DNA of 63,988 bases, the filler included, from Welwitschia mirabilis (taxonomy: Eukaryota): the NCBI GenBank assembly GCA_051453625.1. It is 7 parts of one record of this genome, joined end to end, with 100 filler letters (N's around TTAATTAATTAA, not from the genome) between each part and the next. Parts side by side here need not be neighbours in the genome. Positions count along the whole stretch, not along the records: positions 1 to 19,540 come from JBOZIK010000001.1; positions 19,641 to 24,453 come from JBOZIK010000001.1; 5 more parts are not named here. One strand, written 5' to 3'. Numbering within the stretch: position 1 is the first letter of the stretch; each line of letters begins with the position of its first letter. This document shows, one piece after another, positions 12,178-24,553 of this stretch. A program made the position numbers and the translations under genes. The notes beneath the pieces are model-generated. The model was not told where the DNA came from, did no database searches, and saw only the letters and a list, made by a program, of their open reading frames with translations.

Positions 12178-14098
12178 TATTGGTAAAATCTTAGTTTTGA
12201 TAATTTCACTTATCAAATTTGATATGTCTAAAGTGTAGATAAGATAATTAAGAATACCCAAGTTGCAACTAGGGATCAAGCTAGCTAAAATTTAGAGCTT
12301 AAAGTTCATACAAGTTTCATATCAAAGTTCAAAAAGGATAGATAAAATTAACTAAAGAAATTTGTAGTTCTAAAGATATCTATGAAAAGATGTTTGCTAT
12401 CTTGAAGACGTCAAGGCTAAATATAAAGTTGTAATAGATGAAAGAAATTTATCATGACAAAGACATCTATACTAAACCAAAGATCAGAGACAAGTGAAAG
12501 TGTCTAGCAAGTTAAAGACATTTATACTACTTCAAATATTTAAAGACATCTACTATATTGAAGACATTTGTGCTTAACTAAAAGAGGTAATAGAGGTTAA
12601 ATTGTGTCATCATGAATTATATACATTTTAGGGATTAGGAAAGATTTAGATGATAAATTTGTAACACCTAAGGATCAAAGAAACAATAGTTTAAGCCTTA
12701 TTAAAATCTAGAAAATTTGACCAAAGATGTCTTTTAGGATAAATAAATTTACCTGACAGAGACATCCATTGCATTAAAGACATCTCTCTTGAAAAATTGA
12801 TGAAAAATAAATTAGCTATTGAATAACCAAATCTTAGCCATTTATAACCATTACATGATGTTTATTTAAACATTTTCAAATGGCTATCTCACTAGGATAA
12901 AGGCTTAAAATACATCTCGAGCATAAGAGACAAAGACTATGAAGAGAAAAGGATTACTCATTTGGGGATTGACACTATACCTAAGTTTTTTACAACCTTG
13001 ATGAAGAGAACCATTTACTAAAGACATTGGTTAATCANNNNNNNNNNNNNNNNNNNNNNNNNNNNNNNNNNNNNNNNNNNNNNNNNNNNNNNNNNNNNNN
13101 NNNNNNNNNNNNNNNNNNNNNNNNNNNNNNNNNNNNNNNNNNNNNNNNNNNNNNNNNNNNNNNNNNNNNNNNNNNNNNNNNNNNNNNNNNNNNNNNNNNN
13201 NNNNNNNNNNNNNNNNNNNNNNNNNNNNNNNNNNNNNNNNNNNNNNNNNNNNNNNNNNNNNNNNNNNNNNNNNNNNNNNNNNNNNNNNNNNNNNNNNNNN
13301 NNNNNNNNNNNNNNNNNNNNNNNNNNNNNNNNNNNNNNNNNNNNNNNNNNNNNNNNNNNNNNNNNNNNNNNNNNNNNNNNNNNNNNNNNNNNNNNNNNNN
13401 NNNNNNNNNNNNNNNNNNNNNNNNNNNNNNNNNNNNNNNNNNNNNNNNNNNNNNNNNNNNNNNNNNNNNNNNNNNNNNNNNNNNNNNNNNNNNNNNNNNN
13501 NNNNNNNNNNNNNNNNNNNNNNNNNNNNNNNNNNNNNNNNNNNNNNNNNNNNNNNNNNNNNNNNNNNNNNNNNNNNNNNNNNNNNNNNNNNNNNNNNNNN
13601 NNNNNNNNNNNNNNNNNNNNNNNNNNNNNNNNNNNNNNNNNNNNNNNNNNNNNNNNNNNNNNNNNNNNNNNNNNNNNNNNNNNNNNNNNNNNNNNNNNNN
13701 NNNNNNNNNNNNNNNNNNNNNNNNNNNNNNNNNNNNNNNNNNNNNNNNNNNNNNNNNNNNNNNNNNNNNNNNNNNNNNNNNNNNNNNNNNNNNNNNNNNN
13801 NNNNNNNNNNNNNNNNNNNNNNNNNNNNNNNNNNNNNNNNNNNNNNNNNNNNNNNNNNNNNNNNNNNNNNNNNNNNNNNNNNNNNNNNNNNNNNNNNNNN
13901 NNNNNNTAAGATTCCTTGCTTGGGGATTCCAAAGTATAAGAAAATCCTTATATAGGTATGTATCCTTGAGTGCTTGATATTACAACTTAATTTTAACCCA
14001 TTGTAATCCCTAAGAAAAAAAGAGTGCTATCTTACAAGAAGCATCTTATTTGTATGTAAGATTGGTGGTGCTCCAAAATCACTATTTTATAGGTTAAG
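12178..14098 (+). repeat. 3' LTR of the Sirevirus-like element, cut by a nested insertion
   Basis: Colinear with the 5' LTR up to ataggttaag, where similarity stops and TGTTGC begins. Confidence 0.85.
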
Positions 14099-15165
14099 TG
14101 TTGCGGAGAGTATTTATTCACACTTTTACATTCAACCAAACTTTGTCATTAATAATTAAAATAGATATTATGNNNNNNNNNNNNNNNNNNNNNNNNNNNN
14201 NNNNNNNNNNATGTCGTATCTTATTGAAGTCTCTCTGTAAGGGACTCAGGTTGCTTTTGCAAAATAATAGAAATCAAAGTAAAGGACAAAGTAAGTAAAT
14301 AAAACTACCATGCAAAGTACAATATGCAATTTAAAATAACATGCAATGCAAAGTAATCCTAATCCTACTTACCTTTTAGCCCTAACAAGAGCTGCCCTTG
14401 ATAATCTATATCACTTAAGAAATTGTCACTATATCTTAGATAACATTAAACTATAAGGGATATAAGAAATGCTATAATTCAAACACTACAAACATGTAAA
14501 TAAAACCAAGATTTATATTAAAAGTAACATTCATCTGGGTTACAAAATAACTGGTTCTCAATAGAAGATACTCAGCCCTCCACCAAGTGCTCATCTTTCT
14601 GCAACTCACAAAGATGGATCTTCCACCCTTTGCTCTCCTGTCATAAGAATTTTTGGTGCATCAAAGATGGAAAGGAGAGTCAAAGGGGAACTTATTTATA
14701 GAAAATACAACAGAAACAGATAGACAAAAGGTGCAGTTATGCACACTTATTAAGTGCTTAGAAATGGATAAAAAGGCTGAGAGAATCTATTAGTAACAGT
14801 TACATGTCAGTGTTATCTGGGCTGTCATCCAGATGACATAGGGGATGACAGACCATTACGAAATATCATGAAAGTGATGACTCAGCAGTCCACATAAGCA
14901 GTCATCATCCTAACCGTTATGGAGATGATGGAGGGGATAACGATCATTTTTAATATCTTTCTTAAGAAGAAACTCAACAGTTTTATCATGAAAAACTCAG
15001 TTCATTGGAAAGTGTCTTTAATGCATCAAATTTGAATAATAACTACACTTTTCAGAGATTTCCTCTTGTATCTCCAAAATCCTCAGAATTACAATAAAAC
15101 CTGTATAAAATCCTATATAACAACTAATAAAATCCACCAAATACCCATAAATTGGTAGTGCAACA
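14099..15165 (-). repeat. 3' LTR of a gypsy-type element (family A); 14407-15185 recurs at 15286-16064 across a 100-N gap
   Basis: Perfect TGTTGC...GCAACA termini, followed by tagccccccacttag (the minus-strand PPT CTAAGTGGGGGGCTA). Confidence 0.88.
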
Positions 15166-16044
15166 TAGCCCCCCACTTAGACTTTNNNNNNNNNNNNNNN
15201 NNNNNNNNNNNNNNNNNNNNNNNNNNNNNNNNNNNNNNNNNNNNNNNNNNNNNNNNNNNNNNNNNNNNNNNNNNNNNNNNNNNNNTATATCACTCAATAA
15301 ATTATCACTAAATCTTAGGTAATATTAGACTATAAGGGATATAAGAAATGCTATAATTCAAACACTATAAACATGCAAATAAAACCAAGATTTATATTAA
15401 AAGTAACATTCATCCAGGTTGCAAAATAATTGGGTCTCAATAGAAGATACTCAGCACTCAACAAAGTGCTCATCTTTCTGCAACTCACAAAGATTGATCT
15501 CCAACCCTTTGTTATCCTGTCATAAGAATTTTTGGTGCATAAAAGATGGAAAGAAGAGTTAAAGGGGGACTTATTTATAGAAAATACAACAGAAACAAAT
15601 AGACAAAAGGTGCAGTTATGCATACTTATTAAGTTCTTAGAAATGGACGAAACGGCTAAGAGACACTATTAGTAACAATTACATGTTAGTGTTGTTTGGG
15701 CTATCATCCAGATGACATAGGGGATGACAGACCATTACAAAATATCATAAAAGTGATGACTCAGCAGTCCACATAAGCAGTCGTCATCCTAACCATTATG
15801 GAGATGACGGAGGGGACAATGGTCTTCTTTAATATCTTTCTTAAGAAGAAACTCAACAGTTTTATCAAAAAAAACTCTATTCATTGGAAAGTATCTTTAA
15901 TGCATCAAATTTGGATAATAACTACACTTTTCAGAGATTTCCTATTGTATCTCCAAAATCCTTAGAATTACAATAAAACCTGTATAAAATCCTATAAAAC
16001 AACTAATAAAATCCATCAAATAACCATAAATTGATAGCACAACA

Positions 16045-19000
16045 TAGCCCCCCACTTAGACTTTGTTAGTTCCTAACAAAAAAAAAGGCAGAAAAACCAT
16101 AATTGCCAGCTAATTTATTTTTCAAAAGATAATATGGAAATCATAATAATAGGCTTATAAAACACATCATATAGATAAATGACAAGTAATGTGCAATGTG
16201 TATGACAAATTTGAAAATTTTATATGATAAAAGCTTAAAAAATTTTAAAAGTAAGCCATGTGAATGGGTCTCTGTCACATACATCCCATATTGGCAAGTA
16301 AAGCAAAGACGATAAAGAGAGTGGGAAGGCAGGTAAATGGAAATGAGGACAACTTTTAAAACAAAGTACAAAGCTGAGTAATATTAGATTTGAAAAATAT
16401 ATCAATCTAACAAGTAAAGAAAAAGTGGACAAAAAGTGTTTCACCATAGAAAAGATTATGAGCAGTGCTTACAACACCAAAAATCTAAAAAATAATATAA
16501 ATCTAAACTAGAAATTACCTTTTATTGAATACTAAAACATGATAAGAAAATACGATAATGAATTTGAAATAACTAATAAAATATAAAAGAAAAACAAGAA
16601 GTATGGACATAAGATAAAATAAAAAGATAGCTTACTTATCTAACATTTTAACCTAGCAATTTCTAATGAAAGTAATCATAACATCACTTGATGTGAAAAA
16701 TGTATGACTTTATGTACAAAAGTTCCATTCGATAAGGTAGTAATTATGATAATGCCAAAGTAATATGATTTAAACAATGAATGATCAAACTAAAGAACTA
16801 CTCAAAAAAAAGATCTCTCTTGCCGTCATCTCAAAACAAACACTCAAATCTTAAGAAATGAAATGATCATGTTAAAAGACTAAGAGTCTAGAAAATAAGC
16901 AATGCCTCTGATGACATCAGAAACACCACTAATCTCATAGCCTCAGAGTTTNNNNNNNNNNNNNNNNNNNNNNNNNNNNNNNNNNNNNNNNNNNNNNNNN
17001 NNNNNNNNNNNNNNNNNNNNNNNNNNNNNNNNNNNNNNNNNNNNNNNNNNNNNNNNNNNNNNNNNNNNNNNNNNNNNNNNNNNNNNNNNNNNNNNNNNNN
17101 NNNNNNNNNNNNNNNNNNNNNNNNNNNNNNNNNNNNNNNNNNNNNNNNNNNNNNNNNNNNNNNNNNNNNNNNNNNNNNNNNNNNNNNNNNNNNNNNNNNN
17201 NNNNNNNNNNNNNNNNNNNNNNNNNNNNNNNNNNNNNNNNNNNNNNNNNNNNNNNNNNNNNNNNNNNNNNNNNNNNNNNNNNNNNNNNNNNNNNNNNNNN
17301 NNNNNNNNNNNNNNNNNNNNNNNNNNNNNNNNNNNNNNNNNNNNNNNNNNNNNNNNNNNNNNNNNNNNNNNNNNNNNNNNNNNNNNNNNNNNNNNNNNNN
17401 NNNNNNNNNNNNNNNNNNNNNNNNNNNNNNNNNNNNNNNNNNNNNNNNNNNNNNNNNNNNNNNNNNNNNNNNNNNNNNNNNNNNNNNNNNNNNNNNNNNN
17501 NNNNNNNNNNNNNNNNNNNNNNNNNNNNNNNNNNNNNNNNNNNNNNNNNNNNNNNNNNNNNNNNNNNNNNNNNNNNNNNNNNNNNNNNNNNNNNNNNNNN
17601 NNNNNNNNNNNNNNNNNNNNNNNNNNNNNNNNNNNNNNNNNNNNNNNNNNNNNNNNNNNNNNNNNNNNNNNNNNNNNNNNNNNNNNNNNNNNNNNNNNNN
17701 CCTCGGTGTACTTGTGGTAGGACACCATGACAACCATGTTTTTGAGATATAAAAATAAAACATCATGGACTTTATTAATTTTTTTAAATAAAATAACATT
17801 TCACATGACTAAATACTTTAAAAGACAAAGGTAAAAGTCATAAGACTAAGACAGAAAAGAACACTTTTAAATAATCTAAGATCCTTTTACCATTGAGAAA
17901 AACATAAAAAATAAAGCATCTTCCTTCAATTAAAGTTCATGGACTTGNNNNNNNNNNNNNNNNNNNNNNNNNNNNNNNNNNNNNNNNNNNNNNNNNNNNN
18001 NNNNNNNNNNNNNNNNNNNNNNNNNNNNNNNNNNNNNNNNNNNNNNNNNNNNNNNNNNNNNNNNNNNNNNNNNNNNNNNNNNNNNNNNNNNNNNNNNNNN
18101 NNNNNNNNNNNNNNNNNNNNNNNNNTGGTCTATTTACTTCCTGCAATTCTCAAGTAGTCAAATTAGAAATTTCAACAGAGCCATAAAAATGTATTTCTTT
18201 AGAAATAACAGAAAATAAAAACTAACAGTTTATTAACTATAGTTCTTCTCATCGTCCAAACAACAAAGAGGACAACATACACAGGAAAAAGAAATAGAAC
18301 ATAAAAAATTAATAGAAAACTTGAAAAACTTATAAATAGTGACTATTATCCATCTCATCATGGGGATGACAAAGAAGATNNNNNNNNNNNNNNNNNNNNN
18401 NNNNNNNNNNNNNNNNNNNNNNNNNNNNNNNNNNNNNNNNNNNNNNNNNNNNNNNNNNNNNNNNNNNNNNNNNNNNNNNATACTTCTTCTCATCATCCAA
18501 ACAATAGAGAGTACAACATACACTGAAAAAATAAACAGAACATAAAAAATTAATAGAAAACTTGAAAAACTTATAAATAGTGACTGTTATCCATCTCATC
18601 ATGGGGATGACAAAGGAGATGACTAATTATTTTAGTAGAAATAGAAAACAAAAACTGAAAATAGAAATAAATACAGAAATTAAAAAATAAAAATAAAGAC
18701 TCTAAAAACAGAAAACTGAAAAGAAAAAAACAAAGTAAGAAAAATTTTATTTAAATCCTAAATCTAAAACAAACTTTTATTTAAAAGAAAGAAAAGAAAA
18801 TCAAGGATCTGCTGTGATCTTCAGTTTTTTAGAGAAGTAAGGTTCAAACCAGAAATTAACCAATTGATAAAACACAAGGGATGTGTAATTATTTTTATGT
18901 AAAATCAATTGGATGAAGAGAGAGTAATGGAGAGCACTGATGCCACATTAAATCACAAATTTTGGAAGTCAAAGGGAATAGAAAAGGTAATTGGTAAAGG

Positions 19001-19540
19001 ATTTTTATAAAATGTAAGAGAAACAGTACAAAGAAAATTATCTTTATGTCCATTAAAAACATTTTTCTTTTTCAAATTCATTTTATGATTTTTACTNNNN
19101 NNNNNNNNNNNNNNNNNNNNNNNNNNNNNNNNNNNNNNNNNNNNNNNNNNNNNNNNNNNNNNNNNNNNNNNNNNNNNNNNNNNNNNNNNNNNNNNNTGAT
19201 AAAACATAAGAGATGTGTAATTATTTTTATGTAAAATTAATTGGATGAAGAGAGGAGTAATGGAGAGCACTGATACCACATTAAAGCACAAATTTTGGAA
19301 GTCAAAGGGATAGAAAAGGCAATTGGTAAAAGATTTTTATAAAATGTAAGAGAAACATTATAAAGAAAATTACCTTTATGTCCATTGAAAACATTTTTCT
19401 TTTTGAAATTCATTTTATGATTTTTACTTTTTGGCTTATGAAATGGACAATCTTCCTTATAATTTTCTTTGATAAGTTAGACTTCCTTATACTTACAAGG
19501 TTTTTTTTCTTCTTCATTCTTAAGTTGATCATCACAAAGC
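16045..19540 (-). mobile_element. PPT and 3' internal non-coding region of the family-A element
   Basis: PPT at 16045-16059. Segments match the post-integrase regions at 24610-24770 and 37416-37670. No recognisable pol before the spacer. Confidence 0.65.
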
Positions 19541-19584
19541 NNNNNNNNNNNNNNNNNNNNNNNNNNNNNNNNNNNNNNNNNNNN

Positions 19585-19596
19585 TTAATTAATTAA
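19585..19596. other. Artificial scaffold spacer N44-TTAATTAATTAA-N44 (also 24498-24509, 47964-47975, 56043-56054, 59381-59392, 62759-62770)
   Basis: The same 12-mer, which has stops in all six frames, is centred in six 100-bp N blocks. Confidence 0.97.
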
Positions 19597-20001
19597 NNNN
19601 NNNNNNNNNNNNNNNNNNNNNNNNNNNNNNNNNNNNNNNNAAAATAAAAGAAAGAAAACAATGGAGCAAGCATAGCAAAAGATTAAAGCCATCTATCATA
19701 ACTCTTCATAATTTTATCCCTATGCCAGAAGCAATAGTGATTTTCTATCCTATTATTAGTAAGAACATCCTTTGCTCTATTTAGTCCCTTGGTTTTGTTT
19801 GAACATTCTTGAAAATTGTTTTTAGTTTTTACCTGGGTGCCACTTTAGTGCTACCTAAGCACCAACCTTTCATGAGATTTTATAATTTCTTGTTGGGAGG
19901 CCACTAGTTGAATCCCAAAATTCCATAATAGTCTTTTTACTCCCTATCCATTACTACTTCATCATAATCTTGTTCTAATCCTGAATTAGAATCATCTTCA
20001 T

Positions 20002-21642
20002 TATTGTGATGTACATTTATGTAAGTCTTACATCCTTAAACAAATTTTAAAAATCACCAAAAATGTCTATATTGCATAACATAACACACTAATATAGATG
20101 AGAGTGATTCAAATGTTATAATTCTATCAAAGCCACAATCAAGAAGAAAGAGATTAATTTCTATTGAAATACTTATGTACTCTCTAATAGAAAAAAATAA
20201 TTATGTAAGTAAACAATGCAAATAAACACACTATGCAAATAAGATGCAAGATCTATTCTAAATGCAACATCTATTCGATTACTAAATCAACCTATCATGA
20301 AGATTGACCTTGTATAATCTAGATTAATCAAGGAAAGCCATCATANNNNNNNNNNNNNNNNNNNNNNNNNNNNNNNNNNNNNNNNNNNNNNNNNNNNNNN
20401 NNNNNNNNNNNNNNNNNNNNNNNNNNNNNNNNNNNNNNNNNNNNNATGTATATATTTTACAACACAACACACTAATATAGATGAGAGTGATTCAAATGTT
20501 ATAATTCGATCGAAGCCACAGTCAAGAAGAAAGAGATTAATTTCTATTAAAATACTTATGTACTCTCTAATAGAAAAAATAATAATGTAAGTAAACAATG
20601 CAAATAAACACACTATGCAAATAAGATGCAAGATCTATTCTAAATGCAACATCTATTCGATTACCAATTCAACCTATCATGAAGATTGACCTTGTATAAT
20701 CTCAAGGAAAGCCATCATAGATCAAAACCAACTTAAGCTATCAGGTGCATCAGACAGAATATGAAAATAATGCAAAGTTAATCTAACAGATGAAATGAAA
20801 TATATTTAAATTAATAATTTCAATCTTAAAAAAGGTTAACCTTATGATTTATATCACATATAAAGCTATCATAATATCAAAAGTAATATAAACCACAAGG
20901 GAGATGCACATAAGAGCTGATATGGAAAAAAAAAAAAAAGATTTTTGATTAAGTCAAACCAACATCTGTGTCACAAAACAACATCACCTTAATGAAGGAT
21001 ACATAGTCTAACATCAAGGAAGATGTTTCTCTATAATAATAAGAGAGGGATCTCCTTCCCTTTAATCTCTTATCATAATAATTTCTGATGCTAAAGAAGA
21101 TAAAGTTAAAGTTAAGGATAAAGAAGGTATTTATTACAAAGAATAACTCTAAAACTAGTAAATACTAATAGATGTGGTAAAACCCTTATAGTTATGCAAG
21201 AAGGCATAAGATACATGGCGAAATTTTGATAAACTTTAACAAAGCATTATATTTAGATGTAATATTATTAATATTTTAGACATCACAGGGGATGATGCCA
21301 CATCATATAGAATTTACATCAGTTGTCAAATTAGTCTAGTAAGCATCCTAGTCAGCATATTCTTTTTTGTCAGTTATATTCTTGTATAAATGATAAGGTG
21401 GATGATGGACTTTGTAAAGATGTTTATTATGTTACAGTAGCCTATTTAATTATAAAATTACTGCATTAGATAGAAAGTGTTATAATTTGCTTTAAATATT
21501 TTCAAATGCAATGAAGATTACATATTTTTGTGATATTTTCCTTAGCTCTCTACTATCATCAAAACTTAGCATAAACCTATCTAATGTCCTACAAAACAAC
21601 TTAAAATACCCTATCAAATACACACAATTTAGAAATGCAACA
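20002..21642 (-). repeat. 3' LTR of an Athila-like element (family B), copy 1
   Basis: Homologous to 38026-39607 and 54265-55936. Ends GCAACA followed by tatccctccacctag (minus-strand PPT). Confidence 0.8.
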
Positions 21643-22174
21643 TATCCCTCCACCTAGCCTTATTAGTCCTCGACAACACTAGGTGAATGATCATAATTAC
21701 GAGCAAAATTGACTAAAGATAAGTCAAATAGGAAACTGTAAAATAAACTTAGAAATAATCTTAGAAATCATAGAATATAGAATAAAGAAACAGATAACTA
21801 AATGTTTTATCTATGTAGTGTAAGTGGCTATAATGTTATCTCGGTGGTCGTCTAAGTAATGGAGAGGACAATAGTCTTAAAAATTTTTCTTGAAAAATAG
21901 AAGCCTGTAAAAATGTTTTTAAAAAGATAAATATTAAGACATATCATTATTAACAACCCCCCCGCTCAAATATATAATAGATACTAAAAAATAATTATGT
22001 AGAATATAAGAAAAAATCCTCATCATAAAATGTCAAAATGACATGTAAAAGATGTGCACAATATCTCAACAATAAAAATGTACACCATGATGATACTTAG
22101 AAAATGATATATCTAAAAAGTTATGAGTTTTAATATAATCCACGAAGGGAAGATACATAATACAACATAATAAA

Positions 22175-24326
22175 TCACTCTCCTTATCATGTAAAAATAA
22201 AGTCCTGATGCATAATAGGCTCAAGTGTAGGTGGAAAAAAAGGAGGATACTTAGGATTTATAGGAAAATGATGATCAAGTAATGTCATAATGGAGCATGT
22301 TGTCTTATCTTCCTATACTCTTACTACCTTTGGGAGGTCAAATTTCACACAGTGCTCCATGTGTAATATGTGTTGATGCACATCAGTAAAATACTTCTTG
22401 ATGTGCTAAACTTTCCTCTTAATAATAGATATCCTCTACTTAAGTGTGGCAAAACATTGATCTATCATCTCTCTAATGCTTTGTTCAGTATCTACCAGAA
22501 GAGCCTGAATCTATTCAATGGTGATACCAACCACATGTTTATATACTTAAGGTCTCTTAACATCTTCTAGAATTTAAATGTTCATGTCCTATGGGTAACA
22601 AGCTAAAGTTTAAAGATGCATGAGTCTCTGCTCACCACAAGCTCAGGTATACTAAAGCATGCAAACATAGCTGAGAGGAGGCAAGGATATCCCAGATTTT
22701 GTAATTGTCAAGCCTCAATCATGCTTCTTAGTCTCCTCTAAATAAAGGTTGGTAAATCCATCTACTCCTCTTATCTGAATACTGCTAGCATCTAAAGGTG
22801 AGTGACCATAGCATGACTATCATGAAAGAAAGAGCTGATGTTATGAATTAATATTCTATGAAAAAATTTGATAGGTAAGTGATAAATTTATTATCAAAAC
22901 TCCCCACCTATCAGTCATCATGTTAGCTGGTATGTCTAATGCAACATCATAATCATGATGCTCTTTTATACCACGAGATGAATGGATATGTATACTCTTG
23001 ATGCCATTTAAATTAGTAATAATAGCATTGTAGCTCAATATAATCAATATCTCATGGCCATGAATGTTAGCTATAATCATGTCATGAAGTCAGTTATGAG
23101 CATTGAAACACCTTTCTATATGCATAGTATTGTAAACCTCTCTAGTATTTAAGGCATAGTAAGCTTTATATACATCTACAATTGACTTGAGCTATAGATC
23201 TGCCAGTATCTGATCCACAACTAGCTTTAATCGACTCGTAAAATCACTAAAATATATTTATACTTAAATGAAAGTTTACTGAATGGAGAGAGATTGATCC
23301 TGACGAGGTGGAGGATGAACTGGCTCTACCTGCTCGATCCTAGATGGTACCAATGAGCCCGCATATTTATCTACTACCTTAGCCTATTTTGCTTATCATG
23401 TGCATGACCTAATTAATCATAAACACAAAATTCATCACATGAGATCAACTAGAAATCACTAAAATGTATCTTATGAAAGTTCTAAATGACCCCAAAAATT
23501 AGGATTTACATGTAAAAATCATGAAAATATGTCCTGACACCCCCTCAAAAAAATTAGTACATCCTTTATTGTCTAATTATGTAAAGAAATAGCATGAAAT
23601 GTGAGAAAAATCAAAAACTAAAAAATAGGTGGCCCCACATAAGGTCAAAAATGAAAGTTCTTAAATCAAAAACCTAATCCAGTGGAATCATAGTGCTCAT
23701 CATACTGATTAATTTACCTATAAGCATCACAATGTTTTGATTTACAGTTTTCAAGAAAATGAGGTCTAAAGTTAAAAACCTAATTTTACCTTGTAAAATA
23801 CATAATTCAAGATATCTCATTAAATACATGATGAAAATTATATCCATAAGTACCAAATTGAAAAGCATGAAAAAATANNNNNNNNNNNNNNNNNNNNNNN
23901 NNNNNNNNNNNNNNNNNNNNNNNNNNNNNNNNNNNNNNNNNNNNNNNNNNNNNNNNNNNNNNNNNNNNNNNNNNNNNCTGAAAAATAGGTGGCCCCACAT
24001 AAGGTCAAAAAAATAAAAGTTCTTAAATCAAAAACCTAATCCAGTAGAATCATAGTGCTTATCATACTGATTAATTTACCTATAAGGATCACAATGTTTT
24101 GACTTACAGTTTTCAAGAAAATGAGGTCTAAAGTTAAAAACCTAATTTTACCTCATAAAATACACAATTCAAGATATCTCATAAAATACATGATGAAAAT
24201 TAGGTCCATAAGTACCAAATTGAAGAGCATGAAAAAATAAGAAATATACATGAAAACTACATGCTGAAAGACTAAAACATAAGAGAAGAAAAGGAAAATA
24301 ATAAGGGAGAGAAAAACATACCTCAT
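22175..24326 (-). pseudogene. Family-B env-like extra gene, copy 1 (predicted coding exon 24326-24322, intron 24321-23409, exon 23408-22175)
   Basis: Translation colinear with 40338-42289, e.g. VEPVHPPPRQ versus VEPIHPSPRH and MIIANIHGHEI versus MIITLVCDHKI. Located just upstream of the PPT and 3' LTR. Confidence 0.7.
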
Positions 24327-24553
24327 TATGACAAATTTGCTCAAATCTCGAAATCCAGTGTGCTCAACTCATAGGGGAAAGTTCCAAGATGTCAGTAGGC
24401 ACTAGAATGGTAGTCTCTCTTAAAGAAATGAACAAAAATAACTCAGGAATGAGNNNNNNNNNNNNNNNNNNNNNNNNNNNNNNNNNNNNNNNNNNNNTTA
24501 ATTAATTAANNNNNNNNNNNNNNNNNNNNNNNNNNNNNNNNNNNNNNNNNNNN

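Larger units (their letters stand above)
640..14098 (+). mobile_element. Degenerate Ty1/copia LTR retrotransposon, Sirevirus (SIRE/Maximus)-like, with env-like extra ORF; 3' LTR interrupted at 14099
   Basis: Homologous LTRs (1024-1260 matches 12396-12630; 2350-2520 matches 13925-14098), tRNA-Met PBS, domain order gag-PR-INT-RT-RH, a long post-pol ORF, and PPT AAAAAAGGAGGAGA directly before the 3' LTR. Confidence 0.92.

Noticed and set aside
16909-16926. CTGATGA-catca-GAAAC, resembling a hammerhead ribozyme core
   Set aside because: Stem II cannot form a closing pair, and I found no complementary stems I and III with an NUH site. It is a simple ctgatg/catcag palindrome.
19585-19596. TTAATTAATTAA as a biological repeat
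   Set aside because: It is always centred in exactly 44+44 N, so it is a synthetic linker.
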